Source of the DNA: the human T2T-CHM13v2.0 reference genome, Homo sapiens
Assembly (NCBI GenBank): GCA_009914755.4
Contig: CP086569.2
Coordinates: 16,032,001 to 16,096,000 of the forward strand
Direction: 5' to 3'
DNA: 64,000 nucleotides
The position numbers were made by a program, and so were the translations under genes. Position 1 is the stretch's first letter. Each line of letters begins with the position of its first letter. Positions 12,469 through 27,552 of this stretch are shown here, piece after piece. The notes beneath the pieces were generated by a model. The model searched no databases. It saw only the letters and a list, made by a program, of their open reading frames with translations, and was not told where the DNA came from.

Positions 12469-13345
12469 TGTGGGCAGCAAGTCACCCAGGTGCCGAGGCA
12501 AGAGACCGAGGGCACGAGCTGTTCCAGTGTAATAAAATATATAAAATAACAGGAGTTATGCTAGATCTATATCATAGATATGATTATATATAAATATCAT
12601 TAATCATTAGTTTGTAATAATTACCTTTATTCCAATATTATAATAATCCTCGCTCTATAATTATAACCTAAAAAAAAAAAAACAGGCCTACAGAGATAGG
12701 AGCTGAGGGTACATGGTGAGAAGTGACCAGAAGACAAGAGTGCAAGCCTTCTATTAGGCCTAGATAGGGCCACCAGAGTGCTCCTTGGTCTAGTGGTAAC
12801 TCCCCCTTTTCCAGGGGAGTTTAGAGAAGACTCTGCTCCACCACCTCTTGTGGAGGTCCTGACATCAGTCAGGCCCACCTGCAGCTACCCGGAGGCTGTG
12901 CATCAGCAGTCGTGCTCCTGGTCCGCTTTCATGTTCCATCCTGTACACCTGGCTCTGCCTTCTACATAGCAGTAGCAGAATTAGTGAAAGTATTCAAAGT
13001 CTCTGAAATGCAGAAATAATGGCATAAGCTGTCTCTCCTCTCTCTCTCTGCCTCAGCTGCCAAACTGGGAAGGGTCCCTGTCTGGTGGACATATGACTCA
13101 CGTGACCTTATCAATCATTGGAGATGACTCACACTCCTTACCCTGCCCCTTTTGCTTTGTATGCAATACATAAAAGTGCAGCCAGGCATTCAGGGCCACT
13201 ACTGATCTCCACGTCTTGGTGGTAGTTGTCCCACGGGCCCAGCTGTCTTTTCTTTTATCTCTTTGTCTTGTGTCTTTATTTCTATGATCTCTCACCTCTG
13301 TATACAGGGAGAAAAGCCCACAGGCCCTGTAGGGCTGTCCCCTAC
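12469..13345 (+). mobile_element. Solo LTR (~877 bp) with a 6-bp TSD GACCCA, possibly ERVK-class. It starts TGTGGG and ends CTACA, and contains an internal A13 run (12662-12675).
   Basis: The insertion interrupts the L1 consensus exactly between gaccca and gcaatcc. TG...CA termini; R/U5-like 3' part (caatacataaaagtgcagcc ... ggcccagctgtcttttcttttatctctttgtcttgtgtctttatttct). Confidence 0.5.
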
Positions 13346-14656
13346 AGACCCAGCAATCCTCTTACTGGATATATACTCAGAGGGTTATAAATCATGCTGC
13401 TAGAAAGACACATGCACACATATGTTTATTGTGGCACTGTTCACAATAGAAAAGAACTAGCAAGTAACCCAAATGCCCATCAATGATATACTGGATAATG
13501 AAAATATGGCACATATACACCATGGAATACTATGCAGCCATAAATAGCAATGAGTTCATGTCCTTTGCAGGGACACGGATGAAGCTGGAAACCAAAATTC
13601 TCAGCAAACTAATACAAGAGCAGAAAACTAAACACCCATGTTCTCACTCATCAGTGAGAGTTGAGAAATGAGAACACATTGAAACAGGGAGGGGAACATC
13701 ATATACTGGGGCCTCTCTAGGCTTGGGGAGAGGGATAGCATTAGGAGAAATATCTAATGTAGGTGACAGGTTAATGGGTGCGGCAAACCACCATAGCATA
13801 TGTATACCTATGTAACAAACATGCACATTTACCCCAGATAGTAAAGTATAATTTCAAAAAAGTGGTACATATACACCATGAAATGCTATGCAACAATTTA
13901 AAAGAGAAAAATCATGCTATTTGCGGCAACATTGATGTCCCTGGAGGCCATTATCCTAAGCAAATTAATGAAACAACAGAAAACCAAATACCACATATGA
14001 AACCCTTAAGTGGGAGCTAAGCATTAAATCATCAAGAAATAAAGATGAGAACAATAGACACTTAGGACTGCTAAAGGAGAGAGGGTAGAGGGGTACAAGG
14101 GCTGATAATTAATTTTGGAGTGCTATGCTCCCTACCTGGGTGACAGAATTATTTGTACTCCAAACCTCAATGTCACATAATATACCCAGGTAACATACTT
14201 CTACATGGACCTCTTGAACCTAAAATAAATTTGAAATTTTTTTTAAAAAAGAGAATAAAAGCATACTGAGAAAAAGAAAATAGTAAAAGATATAATACAA
14301 TAAAACACACAGCAACAACTTTCATGAAGCCAAAACTACAAGAGATGTAAAATGTCAGATAGAAACAAAAGATGAGAACTGCACTGGGTATGAGACAGAT
14401 AAAACAAAAAATTAGACAAAAGACCCACGATGTAATCAATAAGATAGATTGTGCTTGTGTGCACAAATGTTGTACTTTATACTATATTTTCTCAATAGAC
14501 AGAACAAACTCCTTACAAAGTCCTGATGGAAAAACAGATTTAATACTAAGTGGCAAAAAAAAAAATTCAAACAATACCCCTCTCATCACAAAAATATAAT
14601 TGGAAATTATTAATTAAAACAGGAAAGAAAATTGCAGCTGGAATTATGAGATTCTT

Positions 14657-15014
14657 GCTGTATTAGCCTGTGTCACTATGAAAGAATAACTGATGCTGGG
14701 TAATTTCGTCAGGCTATACAAACATGGCACCATCATATGCTCAGCTTCTGATGAGGCCTAAGGAAGCTTACTATTATGATAGAAGTAGGAGGGAGAGCAG
14801 ACACACTTCATGAGCTGAGTGAGAGAGAAAGGTAACAGGTGCCAGCTGGTTTTAAACAACTAGCTTTAATAGTAACTCATGCTCATGGGGAAAGCACCAA
14901 GCCATTCATGAGGAATTCATCCCTTTAATATAAACACTTCCACAAGGAGTAACTTCCAACTTGGGGATCACATTTGAACACGCAATTTGGAAGGACACAC
15001 ATCCGAATCACATC
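14657..15014 (-). mobile_element. MaLR LTR (MLT/MST-type)
   Basis: ctgtattagcctgtgtcac...gctgggtaatttc... ...ggggatcacatttgaacacgcaatttggaaggacacacatccgaatcacatca is the reverse complement of the MaLR LTR consensus termini. Confidence 0.7.
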
Positions 15015-16496
15015 ACCTGCATTTGTGTAAATTTTAACAAATAACCAATAAAATTGGTTGCCTGTGGAGAAGAGGTGGGAATGGAGTGGAAGATATGGGC
15101 ACAGTATGTCAAGAGGGAATTACAGGACCCAACCAGTAAAGGAATAGCCTTAACTGAAGAAACAGGAAAGAAAATTGCACACCTGGATAAACATTATGGG
15201 TTGAATTTTGTATTTTTGTTGTACTTTTGAAATTTTTATGTTGAAGTCTTAAACACTAGTACATCCAAAAGTGGTCTTAATTGTAATTCGGGTTGTTGTT
15301 GGTGTAATTAGTTACCGATTTATGCCTAGTGTTCCATTGTTGGAATGCTAAGCTTGTGGGAGTTATTTAAATCCAACTGCATGAGGTCATTGAAAAGGTC
15401 TGATTTTCACACACAAAAAGTTTGGAATCTCAAGCTTAAATGGGTTAAGAGGAAGTCTTCCTGGAGTGAGATGGATTCCTAATCCAGTATGACTGGTGCT
15501 GGTGTCCTGATAGAAATGGAAATTTGTACACAGAAACACATACACATAAGAAGAGGACTAGGGTTATGTTGCCACAAACCAAATAATTAGCACAAACTTG
15601 GAGGCAGAGGTAGGAACATATTTCCTAGTCCCTTCAGAGAGAGAGAGCATGGCCCTTTGACCCCTTGATTTCAGACTTTTGGCCTTCAGAACTGTCAGAA
15701 TATGAACTTCTGTTGTTTAAGCTGCCTAGTCTGCAGTACTTTGTCATGATAGCCCTAGCAAACTATTACAAGTTTGGGTCATTTGGACACTTACAAAAGA
15801 AACTTTACATAGGTATTATACATTTAAAACTGCATTTTCCCCAGGAAGCTTTTCAATGGGATGTTCTCTGTCTTCATCAGGGATTTTTAGCCAACAGTTG
15901 AAAGCCACTGGAATAAGCAGATGGAATCTGTCAACCTAAGGTTTTTCAGCCTCAGAAGATTGACATGTGAGGGTTGCATCATTATTGTGGGGTTGCACTG
16001 TGAAATGTAGCATGTTGAGAAACATTCCTGATCTTAACCAAATAGATTCCAATTCCAATAGATGTGACAATGAAAAATGTCACATAGAACTAAAACGTCG
16101 AAGAAAGGATACTAGAAGCAGGGAAGGGTAGGGGGAAAAGGACATAGGGAAAAATTTGTTGAAGTACACAAAATTACAGCTACATAGGAGGAATAAGTTG
16201 TACTTTCTATACTACTGCAGGATGACTACAGATATTGAATGTTCCCAACACAAAGAAATGGTACATGTTTGAGACGATGTAGGTATGCTAACAACCCCAA
16301 TGGGATCACTATACATTGTACGTATCAGAACATCACTGTGCCATGTGAATATATACAATTATTATATCTAAATTGAAAATTAATTTAAAATTTTTAAAAA
16401 TGTTATTTAAATGTCTCTAGAGTTTGTTACACTTGCAGGAAGCAAAATCACCTCAGGGTGAAATGACTGCTCTATGGAATTATGCTCAGGCATAAT

Positions 16497-16775
16497 TTTG
16501 AGACAGGGTCTCACTCTCTTACTAAGGTTGGAGTGCAGTGGTGTGAACTTGGCTCACTGAAGCCTCCACCTCTCAGGTTCCTCCCACTGCAGCCTCCCGA
16601 GTAGAGTACCTGGGATTACAGGTACACATTACCACCGGCTAATTTTTTGAATTTTTCATAGAGATGAGGTCTTGCCATGTTGCCAGTCTGCTTTCAAACT
16701 CCTAGGCTCAAGCAATCCTCCTGCCTCAGCCTCCCTAAGTTCTGGGATTATAGGTATGAGTCACCATACCATCCT
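16497..16775 (-). mobile_element. Alu SINE
   Basis: tttgagacagggtctcactctcttactaaggttggagtgcagtggtg...cctcccgagtagagtacctgggattacaggt...ctgggattataggtatgagtcaccatacc. Confidence 0.9.
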
Positions 16776-16959
16776 GTGTTTTCCTTTCTTTTTAATATGT
16801 ACAAGCTGATTCTTGGTAGACTTTCAGAGTGAGAGAAATCTCTGGTTGCTTCAGTGGGCTTTGCATAACCACCCTTTGCTTCTCATAGGCCTGATGTAGT
16901 TATTTGAGGACCATCTATTTACTGCATTTCTACATTTTATTTCATGTCTTCCTATATTA

Positions 16960-17290
16960 TAGTAACATTTTTACAAATTTAAAATATATTATTGTTTTAA
17001 TTTGTATAAATGTACAGTGTACAAGCTCAATTTTGTTACATGAACATGTTGCATAGTTGTAAGTCAGGGCTTCCAATTTACCGATCACCTGAATAGTGTA
17101 CATGATATCCATTAAGTAATTTTTCATCTCCCCCCCTCTCTCAGCCTCCCACCTTCCAAGTGTCCAATATCTATTATTCTACTCCCTATGTCCATTGTGG
17201 ACATTACTTAGCTACCGCTTCTAAGTGAGAATATGTAGATTTGTCTTTCTGTTTTTGAGTTGTTTTCCTTAGGTTATTTACCCATGATAA
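16960..17290 (-). mobile_element. Old L1 3'-end fragment (L1PB/L1MA-like), diverged
   Basis: gttacatgaacatgttgcatagttgtaagtc...catccattaagtaatttttcatctccccccctctc...gtccattgtggacattacttagctaccgcttctaagtgagaatatgtag parallels the reverse complement of the L1 3' UTR. Confidence 0.55.
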
Positions 17291-17312
17291 AATATTTTTA
17301 AAACAAGACTAC

Positions 17313-17683
17313 TGTATTAGTCTGTTCTCACACTGTTAATAAAGACACACCCAAGACTGGGTAATTTACAAAGGCAATAAGTTTAATAGACTCACAGTTC
17401 CAGATGGATGGGGAGGCCTCACAATCATGGCAGAATGTGAATGAAGAGCAAGGTCATGTCTTTCATGGCTTCAGGCAAGAGAGCTTGTGCTGTCTTAAAA
17501 GGTAACTTCCCCTTATAAAACCATCAGATCTCATGAGACTTAATCACTATCAGGATAAGAGCATGTGAAAGACCTGCCTCCATGATTCATTTATCTCCCA
17601 CCAGGACCCTACCATGACACAATGAAATTATGGGAACTACAATGCAAGATGAAATTTGGGTAGGGACACAGCCAAGCTATATC
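17313..17683 (-). mobile_element. MaLR LTR (THE1/MST-type)
   Basis: ctgtattagtctgttctcacactgttaataaagacacacccaagactgggtaatttacaaagg...ccttataaaaccatcagatctcatgagactta...gggacacagccaagctatatca. Confidence 0.88.
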
Positions 17684-17734
17684 AACTACTTATTAGTCAA
17701 TTTGGTCAACCAATGAGCAAGAAAATAACCCTTT

Positions 17735-18501
<767 letters not shown>

Positions 18502-19019
18502 TAAAAACGTGTAGTAACTAGTTGATATACACTTCACCATCATGTTAACTTCAAAGGCTTGCATAACTTAAATGATTTGAATTAAGTAGGGTTTTTAATT
18601 AAATGTTATCTAAAATGACTCTATCATGGTAATTTACTTTGCTTGAGAAAATATCAATAATATCAGATGTAGTATCTATGGGAAACTGTCATTCTCTGGT
18701 TCTCTATGTGGTTTTTCTTCACTCATTTACTTTCTACGTGACATATTTGTGAGACTCACAGTCAAAAAGAGATCCCTTCAGTTTGATAGTAATTTGTGAC
18801 TTACAGGGTTTATTTTACTAAAGAACTCGTTTCAAAATTCTATTTAAGAAGTTTGTCCTTCCATGTCAAACACTGTTCCAAATGGAGGCATATAATCTCC
18901 ACCAAATAATAATTGAACTATTTAAGGCATCCCTTTCATCATGCTTTTTTCCTTTCGATTTTCGTTAATTTGATGGTAAGCTATACTACCTATGAAGAGG
19001 CACAGGACATCACACCCAG

Positions 19020-19262
19020 CTTTTTGTTTTTATATATGCAGTTGGGAGTACAGGGAGATAGGGAGTAGAATGATAGACATTGGACACTTGGAAGGGTGAG
19101 AGGCTGGGAGGTGTGGGAGGTTGAAAAATTACTTAATGGGTACAATGTACACTGTTCAGGTGATGGGCACACTGGAAGTCCTGACTTCACAACTATGCCA
19201 CATGTCCATGTAACAAAATTGATTTTGTACCCCGTACATTTATACAAATAAAAACAGAAACG
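19020..19262 (+). mobile_element. Old L1 (L1PB/L1MA-type) 3'-terminal fragment
   Basis: gggagtagaatgatagacattggacacttggaagggtgagaggctgggaggtg...aattacttaatgggtacaatgtacactgttcaggtgatgggcacactggaagtcctgacttcacaactatgccacatgtccatgtaacaaaattgattttgtacccc...ataaaaa matches the older L1 3'-end consensus. Confidence 0.65.
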
Positions 19263-20886
19263 TTTTAAATATTGTTTAAAAAGTTACTTTAAGTACTAAA
19301 GTCTCAGTTTCCCTTGACGCTAAAAGCATACAATGCTTCTGTAATTAATAATGCTTTTATTCTTCCATCAGTTTTATAAAGATGAAGTCATCCATGGGTG
19401 TCCTATTTTCACGTTGTTCCCACAGATCCTTTTGTCTGTTATAAAGTAGAGATAAATACCAGCATCAAAAACTTAAGGAAAAATGGAGGTGTTTACTTGT
19501 AGATAGATAGCTCTTTTTTTTTTTTTTGCATTTCTGTGAAAATCAAGTGAAAAACTACCAAGTTATAAATTAGTTTTCCAACCTGTTTCATCAGTACAAA
19601 CAATCTGTGAAATTTCTAAGGGAAAGTCAACTTTCTCACATACAACCACATATCTCAAAACTATAGAGCATTGTCTTGTTTTCTTTTCTTTCATCCAAAA
19701 ATTTACTACGTGGATATGATCACCTAATTGCTGATATTTGATTGCTCTAAACCAAGACCGTAAGTTGTTTAAAAAGGTGGTTATGTTAATATGTTTTGAT
19801 TATTTTCATTCAATTGTTTTAACTGGTCTAATTACCCATATTAATCAAATGGTACATTTCAAATCTAACTTATTAGAAAATATGGATTCCTTAAGAAAAA
19901 TCAATTATATAGGAGGTCACAAAGTTATGGATTTCTTAAGTAAAATTAGTTATCTAGAAGGTCACTTTCATAGGAAATATATGTATATTTTAAAGATACT
20001 GGTGTAAATGTCAGATATGAATTGAACTTATTTCTTTACAACTAATTGGTATGTGTCAAAAAAATCTTTACAAATCTTCATAATAGTAATGGAAGCAAAA
20101 AAATATATATTTTCATTTTGTTTTTTACTTTCTTTAATTTATGTCATTTATATCAGTAGTCCAATTTATTTTAGGACCTGGGAACACAAATTTATATTTC
20201 TTTTTAAACTGAATGCAATAACAAGATAAATATGATTACATATTTCTTCCAGAAGAAATCTCACATAAAACTCTAATTTCAATTTATAGCATTTTCAACC
20301 ACATACTTCATTAATACTACACTACAGACCAGCATTTGCAAAAATAAAAGCTGGTTATAAGAAAAAAAAAGTTATTGTGGATTTTACATAACCATTAGGG
20401 TCATTAAGAATGACAGATAGGATTTTTGCCTCAATGTTCATCAAGGATATTTGTCTAAAATTCTCTTTTTTGGTTGTGTCTCTACCCAGCTTTGGTATCA
20501 GGATGATTCTGGCCTCATAACATGAGTTACGGAGGATTCCCTCTTTTTCTATTGATTGGAATATTTTCAGAAGGAATGGTACCAGTTCCTCCTTGTACCT
20601 CTGGTAGAATTCAGCTGTGAATCCATCTGGTACTGGACTCTTTTTGGTTGGTAAGCTATTGATTATTGTCACAATTCAGAGACTGTTATTGGTCTATTCA
20701 GAGATTCAAATTCTTCCTGGCTAGTGTTGGGAGAGTGTATGTGTCAAGGAATTTATCCATTTCTTCTAGATTTTCTAGTTTATTTGTGTAGAACTGTTTG
20801 TAGTATTCTCTGATGGTAGTTTGTATTTCTGTGGGATTGGTGGTGATATCCCCTTTATCATTTTTTATTGCATCTATTTGATTCTT

Positions 20887-21618
20887 CTATCTTTTTTTCT
20901 TTATTAGTCTTGCTAGCAGTCTATCAATTTTGTTGATCCTTTCAAAAAACCAGCTCCTGGATTCATTAATTTTTTGAAGGGTTTTTTGTGTCTCCATTTC
21001 CTTCAGTTCTGCTCTGATTTTAGTTATTTTTTGCCTTCTGCTAGCTTTTGAATGTGTTTGCTCTAGCTTTTGTAGTTCTTTTAATTGTAATGTTAGGGTG
21101 TCAATTTTGGATCTTTTCTGCTTTGTCTTGTGGGAATTTAGTGCTATGAATTTCCCTCTACAAACTACTTTGATTGTGTCCCAGAGATTCTGGTATGTTG
21201 TGTCTTTGTTCTCATTGGTTTCAAAGAACATCTTTATTTCTGCCTTCATTTCGTTATGTAACCAGTAGTCATTCAGGAGCAGGTTGTTCAGTTTCCATGT
21301 AGTTGAGCAGTTTTGAGTGAGTTTCTTAATCCTGAATTCTAGTTTGATTGCACTGTGGTCTGAGAGATAGTTTGTTATAATTTCTCTTCTTTTACATTTG
21401 CTGAGGAGAGCTTTATTTCCAACAATGTGGTCAATTTTGGAATAGGTGTGGTGTGGTGCTGAAAAAAATGTATATTCTGTTGATTTGGAGTGGAGAGTTC
21501 TGTAGATGTCTATTAGGTCCGCTTGGTGCAGAGCTGAATTCAATTCCTGTGTATCCTTTTTAACTTTCTGTCTCACTGATCTGTCTAATGTTGACAATGG
21601 GGTGTTAAAGTCTCCCAT
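20887..21618 (-). pseudogene. L1 ORF2 endonuclease-domain remnant (243 aa ORF) within the inverted segment
   Basis: [14 protein letters not shown]...SDHSAIKLE...[12 protein letters not shown] is L1 ORF2p EN sequence and is truncated. Confidence 0.85.
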
Positions 21619-22286
21619 TATTATTGTGTGGGAGTCTAAGTCTCTTTGTAGGTCACTCAGGACTTGCTTTATGAATCTGGGTGCTCCTGTATTGGGTGCA
21701 TATATATTTAGGATAGTTAGCTCTTCTTGTTGAATTGATCCTTTACCATTCTGTAATGGCCTTCTTTGTCTCTTTTGATCTTTGTTGGTTTAAAGTCTGT
21801 TTTATCAGAGACTAGGATTGCAACCCCTGCCTTTTTTGGTTTTCTATTTGCTTGGTAGATCTTCCTCCATCCTTTTATTTTGAGCCTATGTGTGTCTCTG
21901 CATGTGAGATGGGTTTCCTGAACATAACACACAGATGGGTCTTGTCTCTTTATCTAATTTGCCAGTCTGTGTCTTTTAATTGGAGCATTAAGTCCATTTA
22001 CATTTAAAGTTAATATTGTTATGTGTGAATTTGAACCTGTCATTATGATGTTAGCTGGTTATTTTGCGTGTTAGTTGATGCCGTTTCTTCCTAGTCTCGA
22101 TGGTCTTCACATTTTGGCATGATTTTGCAGCAGCTGGTACCAGTTGTTCCTTTCCATGCTTAGTGCTTTCTTCAGGAGCTCTTTTAGGGCAGGCCTGGTG
22201 GTGACAAAATCTCTCAGCATTTGCTTGTCTGTAAAGTATTTTATTTCTCCTTCACTTATGAAGCTTAGTTTGGCTGGATATGAAAT

Positions 22287-23033
22287 TCAGGGTTGAAAAT
22301 TATTCTCTTTAAGAATGTTGAATATTGGCCCCCACTCTCTTCCGGCTTGTAGAATTTCTGCCGTGAGATTCGCCGTTAGTCTGATGCGCTTCCCTTTGTG
22401 GGTAACCCGACCTGTCTGTCTGGCTGCCCTTAACACTTTTTCCTTCATTTCAACTTTGGTGAATCTGACAATTATGTGTCTTGGAGTTGCTCTTCTCGAG
22501 GAGTATCTTTGTGGCATTCTCTGTATTTCCTGAATCTGAATGTTGGCCTGCCTTGCTAGATTGGGGAAGTTCTCCTGGATAATATCCTGCAGAGTGTTTT
22601 CCAACTTGGTTCCATTCTCCTTGTCACTTTCAGGTATGTCAATGAGATGTAGATTTGGTCTTTTCACATAGTCCCATATTTCTTGGAAGCTTTGTTTGTT
22701 TCTTTTTATTCTTTTTTCTCTAAACTTCCCTTCTTGCTTCATTTCATTCATTTCATCTTCCATCACTGATACCCTTTCTTCCAGTTGATCGCATCGGCTC
22801 CTGAGGCTTCTGAATTCTTCACATAGTTCTCGTGGTTTGGCTTTCAGCTCCATCAGCTCCTTTAAGCCCTTCTCTGTATTGGTTATTCTAGTTATACATT
22901 CGTCTATATTTTTTTCAAAGTTTTTCACTTCCTTGCCTTTGGTTTGAATTTCCACCTGTAGCTCATAGTTTGATCGTCTGAAGCCTTCTTCTCTCAACTC
23001 GTCAAAGTCATTCTCTGTCCAGCTTTGTTCCAT
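22287..23033 (-). pseudogene. L1 ORF1 remnant (248 aa; N-terminus lost, C-terminus truncated)
   Basis: ...ENDFDELREEGFRRSNY...IWDYVKRPNLHLIDIPESD...RATPRHIIVRFTKVEMKEKVLRAAR matches L1 ORF1p. Confidence 0.85.
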
Positions 23034-23732
23034 TGCTGGTGAGGAACTGCAATCCTTTGAAAGAGGAAAAGTGCTCTGCTTTTTAGAGTTTCCAGTTTTT
23101 CTGCTCTGTTTTTTCCCTATCTTTGTGGTTTTGTCTACTTTTGGTCTTTGATGATGGTGAGGTACAGATGGGTTTTTGGTGTGGATGTCCTTTCTCTTTG
23201 TTAGTTTTCCTTCTAACAGACAGGACCCTCAGCTGCAGATCTGTTGGAGTTTGCTAGAGGTCCACTCCAGACCCTGTTTACCTGGGTATCAGCAGTGGTG
23301 TCTGCAGAACAGTGGTTTATTGTGAACCACGAATGCTGCTGAATGATCATTCCTCTGGAAGTTTTGTCTCAGAGGTGTACGCGGCCGTGTACATTGTCAG
23401 TCTGCACCTACTGGGGTGTGCCTCAAAAATCTTCAATAAAATACTGACAAGCTGAGTCCAGCAGCACATCAAAAAGCTTATCCACCATGATCAAGTGGGC
23501 TTCATCCCTGGGATGCAAGACGGGTTCAGTATACGCAAATCAATAAATGTAATCCAGCATAAAAAGAGAACCAAAGACAAAAACCACATGATTATCTGAA
23601 TAGATGCAGAAAAGGCCTTTGACAAATTCAACAACCTTCATGCTAAAAACTCTCCATAAGTAGGTATTGATAGGATGTATCTCAAAATAATAACAGCTAC
23701 CTATGACAAATCCACAGCCAATGTCATACTGA

Positions 23733-24497
<765 letters not shown>

Positions 24498-24895
24498 AAC
24501 AGAATAGAGCCCTCAGAAATAACGCTGCAAATCTACAACTATCTGCTCTTTGACAAACCTGAGAAAAACAAGCAATGGGGAAAGGATTCCCTATTTAATA
24601 AACGGTGCTGGGAAAACTGTCAAGCCATATGTAGAAAGCTGAAACTGGATCCCTTCCTTACACCTTATACAAAAATCAATTCAAGATGGATTAAAGACTT
24701 AAATGTTAGACCTAAAGCCATAAAAACCCTAGAAGAAAACCTAGGCATTACCATTCAGGACATAGGCACGGCAAGGACTTCATGTCCAAAACACCGAAAG
24801 CAATGGCAACAAAAGCCAAAATTGACAAATGGGATCTAATTAAACTAAAGCGCTTCTGCGCAGCAAGGGAAAGTACCATCAGAGTGAACAGGTAA

Positions 24896-25150
<255 letters not shown>

Positions 25151-26019
25151 TAGAATGGTGATCATTAAAATTCAGGAAACAACAGGTGCTGGAGAGGAGT
25201 GGAGAAATAGGAACACTTTTATACTGTTGGTGGGACTGTAAACTAGTTCAACCATTGTGGAAGTCAGTATGGTGATTCCTTAGGGATCTAGAACTAGAAA
25301 TACCATTTGACCCAGCCATCCCATTACTGGGTATATAACCAAAGGACTACAAATCATGCTGCTATAAAGACACATGCACACGTATTTTTATTGTGGCACT
25401 ATTCTCAATAGCAAAGACTTGGAACCAACCCGAATGTCCAACAATGATAGACTGGATTAAGAAAATGTGGCACATGTACACCTTGGATTACTACACAGCC
25501 ATAAAAAATGATGAGTTCATGGCCTTTGTAGGGACATGGATGAAATTGGAAATCATCATTCTCAGTAAACTATCACAAGAACAAAAAACCAAACACCGCA
25601 TATTCTCTCTCATAGGTAGGAATTGAACAGTGAGAACACATGGACACAGGAAGGGGAACATCACACTCTGGGGACTGTTTTGGGGTGGGAGGAGGGGGGA
25701 GGGATAGCATTGGGAGATATACCTAGTGCTAGATGGCGAGTTAGTGGGTGCAGCGCACCAGCTTGGCACATTTATGCATATGTAACTAACCTGCACATTG
25801 TGCACATGTACCCTAAAACTTCAAGTATAATTAAAAAAAACATTAAAAATAATAATAATAAAAAAGAATGACAGGTGATCCAAAATACAACCTCCCTCAG
25901 ACTAATACAAATTTATCTTATTTTAAAATACTAGTGGAGTATCATTTTGAAAACTATTTTCGTAGATTATCACATACTCTTGTAAATGCTTTCTTGTATA
26001 TTATCTAGAATACTGTTTG

Positions 26020-26345
26020 GGCGTTATGGCTTATGCCTGAAATCACGGCACTTTGGCAGGCTGAGGTGGGAGGATTGCTTGAGTTCAAAACCAGATGGAA
26101 ACATAGTGAGACCCCCGTCACAAACAACAACAAAATATATAGCTGGGTGTGATGTCCTGTGCCTCTTCATAGGTAGTATGTTTTTTTAAAAAATGGTGGG
26201 ATGGGTGCAGTTGTTCTTGCCTTTAGTCCCAGCTACTCTGGAGGCTGAGGAGAGAGAATTATTTCAGCTCAGAAAGTCAAGGCAGCAGTGAGCTGTGTTT
26301 GCACCAGGGCACTCTAGCCTGCATAACAGAGTGAAATCCTGTCTC
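26020..26345 (+). mobile_element. Alu SINE (older, diverged)
   Basis: ggcttatgcctgaaatcacggcactttggcaggctgaggtgggaggattgcttgag...gctgggtgtgatg...cagtgagctgtgtttgcaccagggcactctagcctgc. Confidence 0.8.
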
Positions 26346-26892
26346 CAAAATAGAAAATAAAAATACAATTCTACCCAAGAACTGGAGCCAAGCTGGTATC
26401 ATTTATAAAATATGGAATACCGTTTGTGCTTTATATACTTGGGATGTATATTACATTTTCCCCACATCTTTCTGAAGACTTCCCAGTGATCGGATGTCAA
26501 AAGTCTATTTTTTGACACTTTTATTTTCTTTGTCTTTTATGAGTCATGTTCCAGGATAAAGTGGGTTTTGGATCAAAATGAAGTTGATTCAGTGACTGGA
26601 TTCATCACAAATACACTGAATTGAATTGTGCAAATTACCTAGCTTATAATAATTCGGACATGTGTAAAATTATGAGGATTTTACAAATCATATTCTGTTC
26701 CTTTTATTGAATTAAGAACAGAGATTGTTCTTAATTTATCCATGATTGTTGTAGGAATTAGAACTATTAATTGAAAAGCATCCACTAAGGTCACTGACCT
26801 TGTCCAGCCACTGATACAGGAGAAATTGTAACTATCATTGTGATTTCCATATGATTTTCCCTATAATTCCCTTTACTTATCAAAGTTAAGAA

Positions 26893-27175
<283 letters not shown>

Positions 27176-27502
27176 AAATTAACAAATAATTCCCAATTCA
27201 ATAATGAGTTGAATTATTATATCTTCTCTGTGAATTTCTATACTTTATCCTATGTTGTAGTCACTGATGATAGCCATAAATATTTCTGGTATAAGAAAAT
27301 ACACATACCTCAATTTTCATGAAATTTGACCTAAAAATCTCTGCAGTTGCTTTTAAGGACTAAAGGTGATACCAATATTTTTAAAGCATGAAAGAACAAA
27401 CAAAATCCATATGTAAGACACAATGCAAAAAGAAAGAAGAATAAACACTATTATCTGTGTTAGTATTATCTTAGGAGAAAATTCAATGCAGTTACCTATT
27501 TC

Positions 27503-27503
<1 letters not shown>

Positions 27504-27552
<49 letters not shown>
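27504..27552. repeat. (ATT)n microsatellite, the degenerated poly-A tail of the minus-strand L1
   Basis: About 16 perfect TTA/ATT units immediately 3' of the L1 3' end. Confidence 0.9.

Larger units (their letters stand above)
6008..14250 (+). mobile_element. Older L1 (L1PA-old / L1PB-like), near full length: 5'UTR, ORF1, ORF2, 3'UTR. It is interrupted by an Alu (7905-8210), an L1PA 3' fragment (8242-8688) and a solo LTR (12469-13345).
   Basis: 5'UTR motifs (gaggtacccggtccatctcactgagactgg...), an ORF1-like region 7060-7900, EN/RT-like ORFs 9208-9630, 10051-10476 and 10803-11078, and a 3' region containing the L1PB-type duplicated 3' end (13680-14250). L1 sequence continues across each insertion: ccatttgaccca|LTR|gcaatcc matches the L1 consensus ccatttgacccagcaatccc. 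Confidence 0.85.

Noticed and set aside
12662-12675. A13 run suggesting the poly-A tail of a separate ~200-bp retroposed element at 12469-12675
   Set aside because: The L1 host sequence is interrupted only once (gaccca | ... | gcaatcc), with a single 6-bp TSD pair around the whole 877-bp block. A single LTR with an internal A-run is the simpler reading. It is kept as an alternative in the findings.
14620-15200. About 20-bp shared motif (aacaggaaagaaaattgca) about 30 bp upstream and about 150 bp downstream of the MaLR LTR at 14657-15014, which could be a long TSD
   Set aside because: It is far too long for an LTR TSD (5 bp for MaLR) and not immediately adjacent to the LTR termini. It is more likely an internal repeat of the surrounding old element, or coincidence.
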